Of a stretch of DNA of 32,000 nt, positions 22,513-31,111 are shown piece by piece. The translations under genes and the position numbers were made by a program. This stretch comes from Allgaiera indica. Its GTDB lineage: Bacteria; Pseudomonadota; Alphaproteobacteria; Rhodobacterales; Rhodobacteraceae. The first letter of the stretch is position 1. Each line of letters begins with the position of its first letter. The notes under the pieces were generated by a model. It was given only the letters and a program-made list of their open reading frames with translations, made no database searches and was not told where the DNA came from. Location: contig NZ_FNOB01000025.1 of NCBI RefSeq assembly GCF_900106675.1, positions 14,645 to 46,644 of the forward strand, written 5' to 3'.

Positions 22513-23852
22513 GCGCGGCGGCAGGCGGCGCGGCAGTATTGCGCGCGGGGGAGGCGGCGCTTTTGCACGGCTTCGCGCAGCGCAAATGGCGTGCGCTGGC
22601 GGTGCCCGCTGTGCTGCTGGCCTATTTCGCCTACATCTTCTTCGCCTTCGACCTCGGCGCCGTCATCGGCCATGCCAAGCCGTCCCGCGCCGAGACGCTC
22701 TTGCGCGACGTCTGGTCCTACAAGACCGAGGTCACGCGCCGCAACCGCGCCGGCACGCTGGAAGTAGCCATCGAGGGCGAGCGCAACGGAACCTACCCCC
22801 AGACCGCGCCGCCCGACTGGGTGCGCCACGACGGCGAGACCACCAAGATCGCGTTGCCGGACGGGGCGCAGGTCACCTATCTGCCCGGCGCGAAGGCGGA
22901 ACTGCGGATCCCCGGCTTCGGCAGCGTCCATGTGGGCATGCAGGGCCGCCGTGTCGTGCTGCAACTGCCCGAGGGCAAGACACGGCCCGGCTGGATCTCG
23001 GCCTCGCGCACCCGCGTGGCGATCGACCGGGGAAGCTGGCGCTTTTCCATGACCCGCAACGAAACCCGGACCTTCCGCTATTTCGCGGGGTGGGAGCTGT
23101 TCTTCTTCACCCTCGACAGCCCGTTCCACGGCAAAAGCTGGACCCAGCTTGCCGCACTCGCCATGTCGGACCGGCAGGTCGTGCCGGGCATGTCGAACCT
23201 GCGGGCGATGGCGTATGACATCTGGACCAACAAGGTGTGGCACCATGGCATGGTAGCCGGGGCGATGCTGGAAACCGTGTTGATGGCCTTTCTCGGCACT
23301 ATGGGCGCGGGGCTGATCGCGCTGCCGCTGGCGTTCCTTGCGGCGCGCAACTTCATGCAACTGAACGTGCTGCGCCTGGCCCTGCGCCGGGTGTTCGATT
23401 TCCTGCGCGGCGTCGACGGCCTGATCTGGACGGTGATCCTCAGCCGTGCCTTCGGGCCGGGGCCGCTGACCGGATCGCTTGCCATCCTGCTCACCGATAC
23501 CGGCACCTTCGGCAAGATGTTCTCGGAGGCGCTCGAGAACATCGAGGGCAAGCAGGTGGAAGGGGTCGCCTCGACCGGCGCGAACGCGTTGCAGCGCGCG
23601 CGTTTCGGGGTGATCCCGCAGCTTGCCCCGGTGATCCTGTCGCAGCTGCTTTACTACCTTGAATCGAACACCCGTTCGGCCACGGTGATCGGCGCGATCG
23701 TCGGCGGCGGCATCGGCCTTTTGCTGACCCAGGCGATCGTCACCGGCAAGGACTGGGAAGAGGTGACCTATTACGTCATCCTCGTGGTGATCACGGTGAT
23801 GCTGATGGACGGCCTTTCGGGCTGGATCCGCCGCAAGTTCATCAAGGGGTAG
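22509..23852 (+). CDS. phnE: Phosphonate ABC transporter permease with a ~200-aa insertion after TM1
   Basis: ATG at 22509 overlaps the previous stop (ATGA). The C-terminal ~190 aa are PhnE-like (VEGVASTGANALQRARFGVIPQLAPVI). The segment at aa ~54-255 is hydrophilic and has no counterpart in short PhnE. Confidence 0.8.
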   Translation: MSAAAGGAAVLRAGEAALLHGFAQRKWRALAVPAVLLAYFAYIFFAFDLGAVIGHAKPSRAETLLRDVWSYKTEVTRRNRAGTLEVAIEGERNGTYPQTAPPDWVRHDGETTKIALPDGAQVTYLPGAKAELRIPGFGSVHVGMQGRRVVLQLPEGKTRPGWISASRTRVAIDRGSWRFSMTRNETRTFRYFAGWELFFFTLDSPFHGKSWTQLAALAMSDRQVVPGMSNLRAMAYDIWTNKVWHHGMVAGAMLETVLMAFLGTMGAGLIALPLAFLAARNFMQLNVLRLALRRVFDFLRGVDGLIWTVILSRAFGPGPLTGSLAILLTDTGTFGKMFSEALENIEGKQVEGVASTGANALQRARFGVIPQLAPVILSQLLYYLESNTRSATVIGAIVGGGIGLLLTQAIVTGKDWEEVTYYVILVVITVMLMDGLSGWIRRKFIKG

Positions 23853-23933
23853 CGCGATTGGCCGAATGCCGCGGGGGCAAGCCGGCCCGCGCGGCTGTGG
23901 CCCGGCGCCGCAAGGATGGCGTGAAGGCCCCCG

Positions 23934-24860
23934 TCAGGACCACTGCAGCACGACGGCGGTGGTGATCAGAAGCGCCATGATCTGGTGGAAGACGACCATG
24001 ACGCCGGGCGATTTCGGTTTCAGGTTCACCGCGTGGAACAGGAAGAAGCCGACGGCGGCCTGAAGCAGCGCGAAGGCGAAGGCCATCGGATAGGTCTGGC
24101 TGTACCAGCCCAGGGTGCCGATCGCGGTCAGGGCGGCGATGCCATGGACCACGAAGACCCATTGCGAGGCCCGCCTGGGCTGCAAGAACGGGTCTATGGC
24201 CTGGCCGAAGCCGCGCTGGCCGGTCACCATGCCGCCCATGAAGATCGCGAACAGGATCGCATGCAGCGGAATGATGGCGTCGACGAAATCGGGCAAGGCG
24301 ACGCCGGGATAGTTCAGTCCCACCAGGTAACTGAGAAAGACCAGATAGGCGAGCAGGCCGTGCATGCCATGCACGAAGGCGGGCGCGCGGCCGGCCAGCA
24401 CATAGAGCGTGCCCATCCCGAACAGCGCGGTGACGACGACCAACCCCAGGCCCACGAAGGTCGTATAGCCCGGCTCCAGAACCGCAAGACCAAGCGCGCA
24501 AAGGCCGACCGCGGTGGCCAGCACGCGGTGGGCCGCTTCCGGATCGCCGCGCAGCATCAGCACGACGATGTTGCGCGTGTAGGGCCATTTCGTCCCCAGC
24601 GACAGGCCATAGCCGAAACCCTCGACGATGCTTCCAAGCATGATGAGCGCGGCGGCAAAGAACACTTGGGCGATCATCAGGCCGTCAGCCACCGCCGCCA
24701 GCCCGGCGGACGCATCGCCAAGCCCGCGCCACAGGCCCAGCCCCGCCGCCAACGCGACCATGCTGCCAATGAGGGCGCCGATGACACGCACCGTCAGGGT
24801 CATCTCGCCCTCGACGACATGCCGGTTTTCGGCTGCGGTGGGGGCAGGGATCGGGCTCAT
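23934..24860 (-). CDS. Polytopic (8-9 TM) histidine-rich membrane protein of unknown function
   Basis: Hydrophobic helices are regularly spaced with embedded His residues (EAAHRVLATAV, VHGMHGLLAYL, IPLHAILFAIF, VVHGIAAL, FLFHAV, VVFHQIMALL). An alternative start at 24803 (MTLTVRV) has GAGGG upstream. Confidence 0.65.
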   Translation of the reverse strand: MSPIPAPTAAENRHVVEGEMTLTVRVIGALIGSMVALAAGLGLWRGLGDASAGLAAVADGLMIAQVFFAAALIMLGSIVEGFGYGLSLGTKWPYTRNIVVLMLRGDPEAAHRVLATAVGLCALGLAVLEPGYTTFVGLGLVVVTALFGMGTLYVLAGRAPAFVHGMHGLLAYLVFLSYLVGLNYPGVALPDFVDAIIPLHAILFAIFMGGMVTGQRGFGQAIDPFLQPRRASQWVFVVHGIAALTAIGTLGWYSQTYPMAFAFALLQAAVGFFLFHAVNLKPKSPGVMVVFHQIMALLITTAVVLQWS

Positions 24861-25162
24861 GCTTTACGCCTTTGCTCAGGAAGGGAAGTCGGCCGTGAAG
24901 ACGCCGCGGACCATAGAGCGATACAATTGGCCATGAAACTGAATACCCCGACCCGCCGATCAACTTTCGATCGCGAAAACCGGAGCAGCCCCGGGGCTTG
25001 CCCCTTGCCCTCGTCTGTCCGCCCCGATGCCCGCGATGAAGGCAGCGGGCTGCCCTGCGCCCGGGGCAGCCCCCTGCGGTCGCGCGGCGACGCATTCCTG
25101 ACCGCCGCGCGCGGGTTTGACCCGGGAAGGCGGCCGCAATGCAATCCTGCCTGGCTGTGGCG

Positions 25163-25190
25163 TTGCTTTGATGCAACGGTCGTGTATGAT
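25163..25190 (+). promoter_or_regulatory. Candidate sigma70-type promoter of the O-methyltransferase/thioesterase pair
   Basis: TTGCTT (25163-25168), a 16-nt spacer, then TATGAT (25185-25190). This would give a very short leader before ATG 25208. Confidence 0.3.
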
Positions 25191-25207
25191 CCAGGCCATA
25201 GCGAAAA

Positions 25208-26278
25208 ATGATGGAGAGTATCGTGGACAGCATGCTGGCCCAGGAAACGCCCGCGCCCGCTGGCAACCCGATCGAAAGCGCCGAAGAGCTTTCGTCGATC
25301 GCCTTTGGTTTCATGGCGTCCAAGGCGCTGTTCGCGGGGCTTCACGTCGATCTGTTCACCTTGCTTGCGGACGGCCCCAAAACGGCCGAGGAACTGGCCA
25401 AGGCCGCGGGGATCCCGCTGAACCGGATCGTCACGTTGACGACCGCGCTTGCCAGTGTCGGGGTGGTGTCGATCAGCGACAGGAAACTGATCCAGAATTC
25501 GTCGGCGGCGCAGAACTTTCTGGCGAAGCAGTCCAAATACGATTTCGGCGACTATCTGCGCTATCAGATCGACCAGCAGATGTATCCGTTCCTGCTGCAG
25601 CTCAACGCGGTGATGAAGGGCGATCTGTCCGATGATGCGATCGCCTCCTATCAGCACTGGATGGCGGATGAGGAACAGGCCTCGGTCTATTCCGAAAGCC
25701 AGCATGCGGGCTCGCTGGGGCCGGGGCGGACGCTGGCGCGGAAGGTGGATCTGGCGAAGGCCTCGACACTGCTGGACGTGGGCGGCGGAACCGGCGCGAT
25801 GACGATCAGCCTGTGCAACGAATACCCGGACCTGCATGCGACGATCATCGATTTCCCCAATGTCGCGGAAATCGGCTGGCGCTTTGTGTCCGAGGCCGGG
25901 CTGGTCGATCGCGTGCGCTACATTCCCGGCAATGCGGTCCAGGCGCAATGGCCGGGGCGCCAGGATGCGATCCTGATGTCCTACCTGATGAGCGGCGTCC
26001 CGGGCGAAGCCGTCGCCGACCTGTTGCGCAAGGCATTCGACGCGCTTGCCCCCGGCGGCAAGCTGATGGTCCACGATTTCATGGTCGAAGAAGACCGGCG
26101 CGGCCCCGCGCTTGCGGCGCTTTGGCAATTGCAGCACATGGCGTTCACGCCGGATGCCCACTCTCTTTCCGTCGGCTGGCTGACCGAAGCCGGCAGGAAG
26201 ATCGGCTTCGCGGTCGATGACGTCGACAATCTGATCCCCGCGATGACCAAGCTTGTGGTCTTCGCCAAACCATCCTGA
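25208..26278 (+). CDS. Family-2 SAM-dependent O-methyltransferase (CrtF/ASMT-like) with N-terminal dimerisation/wHTH-like domain
   Basis: Motifs are LLDVGGGTGAMT, IIDFPNV and GGKLMVHDF. The length of about 356 aa is typical of Methyltransf_2. The start is uncertain among 25208, 25211, GTG 25223 and 25232. Confidence 0.8.
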   Translation: MMESIVDSMLAQETPAPAGNPIESAEELSSIAFGFMASKALFAGLHVDLFTLLADGPKTAEELAKAAGIPLNRIVTLTTALASVGVVSISDRKLIQNSSAAQNFLAKQSKYDFGDYLRYQIDQQMYPFLLQLNAVMKGDLSDDAIASYQHWMADEEQASVYSESQHAGSLGPGRTLARKVDLAKASTLLDVGGGTGAMTISLCNEYPDLHATIIDFPNVAEIGWRFVSEAGLVDRVRYIPGNAVQAQWPGRQDAILMSYLMSGVPGEAVADLLRKAFDALAPGGKLMVHDFMVEEDRRGPALAALWQLQHMAFTPDAHSLSVGWLTEAGRKIGFAVDDVDNLIPAMTKLVVFAKPS

Positions 26279-26290
26279 ACGGTGGCCGCC

Positions 26291-26743
26291 ATGCCGACTT
26301 TCCGATTGCACGAGGAACCGCTTCAAGAGGCCTGGCTCGATGCCTACGGGCATTTGAACGAAGCCTATTATCTGGTGCCGTTCAGCAATGCGACCTGGAA
26401 GCTGCAGGACAAGTTCGGCATCGGCACGGCCTATTTCGACCGGACCGGCTGTGCGCTCTACACGCTTGAGACGCATTTGCGCTATGTCGCGGAGGTGCGC
26501 CCGCCCGCGATGCTGTCGATCGAGACCACGATCCTGGGGGTCGACGCCAAGCGGCTGCATATCGGGCATGTCATGTGGTCGGGCGGGCGCGAACGTGCGA
26601 CGTTCGAATGTATGCTGCTGCATTACGACACGCGAAACGGGCAGGCGGCGCCATTCGGCGAAATGACCGGCCGGGAACTGAATGCCGCGGTGCTGGCGCC
26701 GGCACCGGAATGGGCCGGTCGCGCGGTGCGCCGGTTGCGATAG
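26291..26743 (+). CDS. 4HBT (hotdog-fold) acyl-CoA thioesterase family protein
   Basis: ATG at 26291 is 12 nt after the OMT stop. A YbgC/4HBT-like N-terminus carries an early conserved Asp/His region (EAWLDAYGHLNEAYYL). The product is about 150 aa. Confidence 0.65.
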   Translation: MPTFRLHEEPLQEAWLDAYGHLNEAYYLVPFSNATWKLQDKFGIGTAYFDRTGCALYTLETHLRYVAEVRPPAMLSIETTILGVDAKRLHIGHVMWSGGRERATFECMLLHYDTRNGQAAPFGEMTGRELNAAVLAPAPEWAGRAVRRLR

Positions 26744-26826
26744 GCGGGCGGCGACGATTTGCAGCGCCTCAACCGAACGCGCGGCGGTTTCCCCAGGGGA
26801 CGTCGCGCCGCCGCCGGGTTCCCTCG

Positions 26827-27603
26827 CTATCGCAGCACCCGTCGCAGCCCTGACTGGACCCGCAGCAATTCGGGCAGGTAAGTGGTGATCAGGCTGTCCG
26901 CGGGCTCTGCCGTGACCGCCATCCCGCTGTTGAGCGCCGCGACCACCCGGCCATGCAGGTCATAAAGCGGCACGGCAAGCGCGCGCAGTCCGGTCTCGAC
27001 CTCCTGGTCGATCAGGGCATAGCCGGACGACCGGACCTCGGCCAGCCGGGCGAGGATCTCGTCGGGTTCGGTCACGCTGTGGGGCGTGCGCGGCGTAAGG
27101 TCCGAAGCCTCGATCCGCGCGCGCGCCTGCGGCTCGGGCAGCGCCGCCAGCAGCACCCGCCCCATCGAGGTGCAATGCGCCGGCAGCCGCGACCCCGGCA
27201 TCAGCCCGATCGACATCACCCGCCGCTGCGCCGCCCGCGCGACATAGACGATCTCGGTCTGATCCAGGATCGACACCGAACAGCTTTGCCCGATCCGTTC
27301 GGTCAGCTGGTCAAGCCATGGCTGCACGATCTGCGACAGCGGCAGCGCCGCCAGCGCACCGACCCCCAGTCGCAGCGTCCGTGGTGTCAGGGTGAAGAAC
27401 TTGCCGTCGTAATCGGCATACCCTTCGTGGTGCAGGGTCAGCAGGCAGCGCCGCGCCGTGGCGCGGTCCAGCCCGGTCGCCGCCGCGACCTCGGCGATCG
27501 ACCGGCGCGGGGTCTCGGTGCCGAAGGCTTCCAGAACCCTCAGCCCCTTGGCGAAGGAGCCGACGATACCAGCGGGGCGGGATGCGGCAGAGTTGTTCGT
27601 CAT
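26827..27603 (-). CDS. pcaR: IclR-family regulator of beta-ketoadipate genes
   Basis: ATG at 27603 (MTNNSAAS...). IclR blocks are SFAKGLRVLEAF and SIAEVAAATGLDRATARRCLLTL, with effector-domain block VETGLRALAVPL. It is divergent from pcaIJF. Confidence 0.85.
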   Translation of the reverse strand: MTNNSAASRPAGIVGSFAKGLRVLEAFGTETPRRSIAEVAAATGLDRATARRCLLTLHHEGYADYDGKFFTLTPRTLRLGVGALAALPLSQIVQPWLDQLTERIGQSCSVSILDQTEIVYVARAAQRRVMSIGLMPGSRLPAHCTSMGRVLLAALPEPQARARIEASDLTPRTPHSVTEPDEILARLAEVRSSGYALIDQEVETGLRALAVPLYDLHGRVVAALNSGMAVTAEPADSLITTYLPELLRVQSGLRRVLR

Positions 27604-27614
27604 GCGCACAGAAA

Positions 27615-27629
27615 GTTGCGAATGCGAAC
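27615..27629. promoter_or_regulatory. Candidate PcaR operator in the pcaR/pcaI intergenic region
   Basis: GTTGCGAATGCGAAC is a tandem TGCGAA repeat flanked by GTT...AAC. It lies in the only AT-rich stretch of the 100-bp divergent region. Confidence 0.3.
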
Positions 27630-27703
27630 AAATGTCAAGCTCCGCACGACGGGCGTGGAAAGCCGCCCGCGCCCGGCCTAATCCGAAGGCGGGAGGATCA
27701 TTC

Positions 27704-28426
27704 ATGGACAAGACACTTCCTTCGCCGGCCGATGCCGTCGCCGGGATCGCGGACGGCGCCACGGTGATGGTCGGCGGGTTCGGGGGATCGGGTGCGCCTA
27801 TCGAACTGATACACGCCTTGATCGACCGGTTCCTGGCGACCGGCAGCCCCGGGAACCTGACGGTGATCAACAACAATGCCGGCAACGGCCAGGTCGGCAT
27901 CGCCGCGCTGATCGCGCAGGGCATGGTCGGCAAGATCATCTGCTCGTATCCGCGCTCGACCAATTCGCGCGCGTTCATCGAGAAATACCAGGCCGGCGAG
28001 ATCGCGCTGGAACTGGTGCCGCAGGGCACGCTGGCCGAACGCATCCGGGCGGCCGGCGCGGGCATTCCGGCCTTCTTCACCCCCACCGCCTACGGCACCG
28101 AACTGGCCGAGGGCAAGCAGATCCAGGAATTCGAGGGCCGTCCCTATGTGATGGAGCGCTGGCTGAAGGCCGATGTCGCGCTGATCAAGGCGGAACTGGG
28201 CGACCGGATGGGCAACCTCACCTACCGCATGACGGCGCGCAACTTCGCACCGATCATGGCGATGGCGGCGGCGCACACCATCGCCCAGGTCAGCCGTCTC
28301 GTCGCGCCGGGCGAGATCGACCCCGAAGCCGTCATCACCCCCGGCATCTTCGTCGACGCGCTGGTCGAGGTGGCCGAACCGGCGCAGGAAGAGGCCCTCA
28401 ACCGGGCAGAGGTGCATTACCCATGA
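27704..28426 (+). CDS. pcaI: 3-oxoadipate CoA-transferase subunit A
   Basis: GGGAGGA lies upstream of ATG 27704. CoA-transferase family I alpha blocks are present (VMVGGFGGSGAPIELI, ELVPQGTLAERIRAGGAG-like). Confidence 0.85.
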   Translation: MDKTLPSPADAVAGIADGATVMVGGFGGSGAPIELIHALIDRFLATGSPGNLTVINNNAGNGQVGIAALIAQGMVGKIICSYPRSTNSRAFIEKYQAGEIALELVPQGTLAERIRAAGAGIPAFFTPTAYGTELAEGKQIQEFEGRPYVMERWLKADVALIKAELGDRMGNLTYRMTARNFAPIMAMAAAHTIAQVSRLVAPGEIDPEAVITPGIFVDALVEVAEPAQEEALNRAEVHYP

Positions 28427-29106
28427 CCCAGGAGCCGACCGAAAAACTTTCCAACGTACAGATCGCCTGGCGCGCGGCGCAGGACATTGCCGACGGCGCC
28501 TATGTGAACCTCGGGATCGGGTTTCCCGAAATGGTGGCCCGGTTTCAGCCCGAAGGACGTGCCGCGGTGTTCCATTCCGAGAACGGCATCCTGGGCTTCG
28601 GCAAGGCCCCGTCAGAGGGACAGGAAGACTGGGATCTGATCAACGCGGGCAAAAAGGCGGTCACGCTGAACCCGGGGGCCGCGTTCTTCCACCACGCCGA
28701 CAGCTTCGCGATGGTGCGGGGCGGGCATCTGGATGTGGCGATCCTGGGCGCGTATGAGGTCGCGCAGACCGGCGATCTGGCGAACTGGTCCACGGGGCCT
28801 ACTGGCGTGCCCGCGGTGGGTGGCGCGATGGATCTGGTTCACGGCGCCAAGCGTGTGGCGGTGATCACCGAACATGTCACCAAGAAGGGCCAGCCGAAGC
28901 TGGTCGAGCGCTGTTCTTTGCCCCTCACCGGGGTGGGCTGCGTCACCCGGGTTTACACCAGCCTTGCCGTCGTCGATATCGAAGAAGGTCGTTTCGTGCT
29001 GCGCGAGAAGCTGCCCGCGATTTCCTTCGATGACCTGCAATCCCTCACCGGGGCCACGCTGCATTGCCCGGGCCCGGTGGCCGACCTGATCGTACCGGAG
29101 TTGTGA
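28423..29106 (+). CDS. pcaJ: 3-oxoadipate CoA-transferase subunit B
   Basis: There is an ATGA overlap with pcaI. The beta-subunit region containing the catalytic Glu is SENGILGFG. Confidence 0.85.
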   Translation: MTQEPTEKLSNVQIAWRAAQDIADGAYVNLGIGFPEMVARFQPEGRAAVFHSENGILGFGKAPSEGQEDWDLINAGKKAVTLNPGAAFFHHADSFAMVRGGHLDVAILGAYEVAQTGDLANWSTGPTGVPAVGGAMDLVHGAKRVAVITEHVTKKGQPKLVERCSLPLTGVGCVTRVYTSLAVVDIEEGRFVLREKLPAISFDDLQSLTGATLHCPGPVADLIVPEL

Positions 29107-29107
29107 C

Positions 29108-30313
29108 ATGACCGAAGCCTATATCTGCGACTATATCCGCACCCCCATCGGACGCTTCGGCGGCGCGCTGTCCTCGGTGCGCGCCGACGATCTGGCCGCG
29201 ATCCCCCTGAAGGCGCTGATGGCGCGCAACGCCGGCGTTGACTGGGAGGCGGTCGAGGACCTGATCCTTGGCTGCGCCAACCAGGCGGGCGAGGACAACC
29301 GCAACGTCGCGCGCATGGCGGCGCTGCTGGCCGGGCTGCCGGTGGCCGTGCCGGGCAGCACGGTGAACCGGCTTTGCGGCTCTGGCATGGACGCGCTGAC
29401 CATCGCCGCGCGCGCGATCAAGGCGGGCGAGGCGCAGTTGATGGTGGTCGGCGGCGTGGAAAGCATGAGCCGCGCGCCCTTCGTGATGCCGAAGGCGGAA
29501 ACCGCGTTCTCGCGCGCCAACGCGGTCTATGACACGACGATCGGCTGGCGTTTCGTCAACAAGCTGATGAAGGCGCAATACGGCGTCGATTCGATGCCCG
29601 AGACGGCCGAGAACGTGGCCGAGGAATTCGGCGTCAGCCGCGCCGATCAGGATGCCTTCGCGATCCGCAGCCAGCAAAAGGCCGGCCGCGCGATGGAAGA
29701 CGGGCGTCTGGCGCAGGAAATCACCCCGGTCAGCATCGCGCAGCGCAAGGGTGATCCTCTGGTGGTGGACACCGACGAACACCCCCGCCCCGGCACCACG
29801 ATCGAGGCGCTGGCGAAGCTGAAGCCGATCGTGAAACCCGACGGCTCGATCACGGCGGGCAACGCCAGCGGCGTCAATGACGGGGCGGCGGCGCTGATCG
29901 TGGCCACCGAAGCCGCCGCGCGCGCCCATGGCCTGACCCCGATCGCCCGGGTACTGGGCGGGGCAACGGCGGGCGTGCCGCCGCGGATCATGGGGATCGG
30001 GCCGGCGCCGGCGTCGAAGAAGCTGATGGCGCGGCTGGCGCTGACGCCTGCCGATTTCGACGTGATCGAACTGAACGAGGCCTTTGCCAGCCAGGGCCTT
30101 GCCACGCTGCGCGACCTGGGCGTGGCCGATGACGACCCGCGCGTGAACCCCAATGGCGGGGCCATCGCGCTGGGCCATCCACTGGGCATGTCGGGTGCGC
30201 GCATCGCCGGGACGGCGGCGCTGGAACTGGTCAAGACCGGCGGCAAGCGCGCGCTGGCCACCATGTGCATCGGCGTGGGCCAGGGCATCGCCGTGGCGCT
30301 GGAACGCGTCTGA
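29108..30313 (+). CDS. pcaF: 3-oxoadipyl-CoA thiolase (acetyl-CoA C-acyltransferase)
   Basis: It starts 1 nt after the pcaJ stop. Thiolase motifs are VNRLCGSGMDA, NEAFASQ and GHPLGMSGARI...CIGVGQG. Confidence 0.85.
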   Translation: MTEAYICDYIRTPIGRFGGALSSVRADDLAAIPLKALMARNAGVDWEAVEDLILGCANQAGEDNRNVARMAALLAGLPVAVPGSTVNRLCGSGMDALTIAARAIKAGEAQLMVVGGVESMSRAPFVMPKAETAFSRANAVYDTTIGWRFVNKLMKAQYGVDSMPETAENVAEEFGVSRADQDAFAIRSQQKAGRAMEDGRLAQEITPVSIAQRKGDPLVVDTDEHPRPGTTIEALAKLKPIVKPDGSITAGNASGVNDGAAALIVATEAAARAHGLTPIARVLGGATAGVPPRIMGIGPAPASKKLMARLALTPADFDVIELNEAFASQGLATLRDLGVADDDPRVNPNGGAIALGHPLGMSGARIAGTAALELVKTGGKRALATMCIGVGQGIAVALERV

Positions 30314-30360
30314 ACCGCCGGGGGCGCGGTGGCGGCGGGCCGCTTTCCCGCCCCCCTTCG

Positions 30361-31086
30361 TCAGATCGTCCAGCCGCCGTCGATGCAGACGGCCTGGCCC
30401 GTCGTATAGGTCGCGCGGGCCAGATAGACGGCGAGATCGGCGATTTCCTCGGCCTCGGCGATCCGGCCCATCGGCTGGCGCGCGACGAAGGCCGCGCGCG
30501 CGGCATCGTAATCGCCGGTGGCCGAGAGCCGCTCATCGAGCGAGGGCGATTGCACCGTGCCCGGGCAGATCGCGTTGCAACGGATGCCCCGCGCCACATA
30601 ATCGGCGGCCACCGATTTCGTCAGCCCCAGCACGGCGGCCTTGGTCGTGGAATAGACAAAGCGGTTTGGCACCCCCTTCACCGACGAGGCGACCGAGGAC
30701 ATGTTGAGGATGCATCCCGATCCGCGTTCCAGCATTCCCGGCAGGATCCCCCGGATCATCCGCACCATCGCCGTGACGTTCAGATCATAGGCGAAATCCA
30801 TCTCGTCATCGGTGGCCTCCAGGATCGTGCCGGCATGCACGAAGCCCGCGCAGTTGAACAGCACATCCACCGGGCCAAGCCCCGCGCAGAACTCGGCCAC
30901 CGCCACCCTGTCCAGCACATCGAGCCGCGCGGTCTCGCACTCCAGGCCGGCAAGGCCGTCGGCATTGATATCCGTCGCGACCAGCCGGGCGCCGGCGCGG
31001 ATGAAGGCCTCGGCGCTCGCCCGTCCGATGCCCTGCGCGGCCGCCGTGATCACCACCACCTGGCCGGTCAGATCCATTCCCTGCAT
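30361..31086 (-). CDS. Short-chain dehydrogenase/reductase (SDR)
   Basis: AAAGGGGAGG lies upstream. The cofactor motif is ITAAAQGIG, and the catalytic NMSS...YSTTK is present. Confidence 0.85.
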   Translation of the reverse strand: MQGMDLTGQVVVITAAAQGIGRASAEAFIRAGARLVATDINADGLAGLECETARLDVLDRVAVAEFCAGLGPVDVLFNCAGFVHAGTILEATDDEMDFAYDLNVTAMVRMIRGILPGMLERGSGCILNMSSVASSVKGVPNRFVYSTTKAAVLGLTKSVAADYVARGIRCNAICPGTVQSPSLDERLSATGDYDAARAAFVARQPMGRIAEAEEIADLAVYLARATYTTGQAVCIDGGWTI

Positions 31087-31111
31087 CGCTTGCCTCCCCT
31101 TTCTGTCAGTC

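Noticed and set aside
24873-25155. Possible cobalamin riboswitch on the + strand: AAGGGAAGTCGGCCGTGAAGACGCCGCGGACC resembles the GGGAA...GGTGAAAATCC...GCGG core, and CCTGCC occurs at ~25146
   Set aside because: The conserved CCGCCACTG segment and a proper B12 box (…AGYCMGGAGACCTGCC) are absent, and the spacing is too long. My predicted promoter for the downstream gene lies after the segment. This is worth one cmsearch with RF00174 but is not supportable by eye.
24960-25199. 79-aa - strand ORF inside the long spacer
   Set aside because: It is Ala/Gly/Pro/Arg-rich, has no RBS, and shows no hydrophobic or structural periodicity. It is probably a chance ORF.
20986-26623. Long - strand ORFs 20986..22374 and 24857..26623, and + strand ORF 23985..25211
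   Set aside because: They are antisense to phnD/phnE, the OMT and the membrane-protein gene respectively. Their composition is low-complexity, and the sense-strand genes have clear motifs or TM periodicity.
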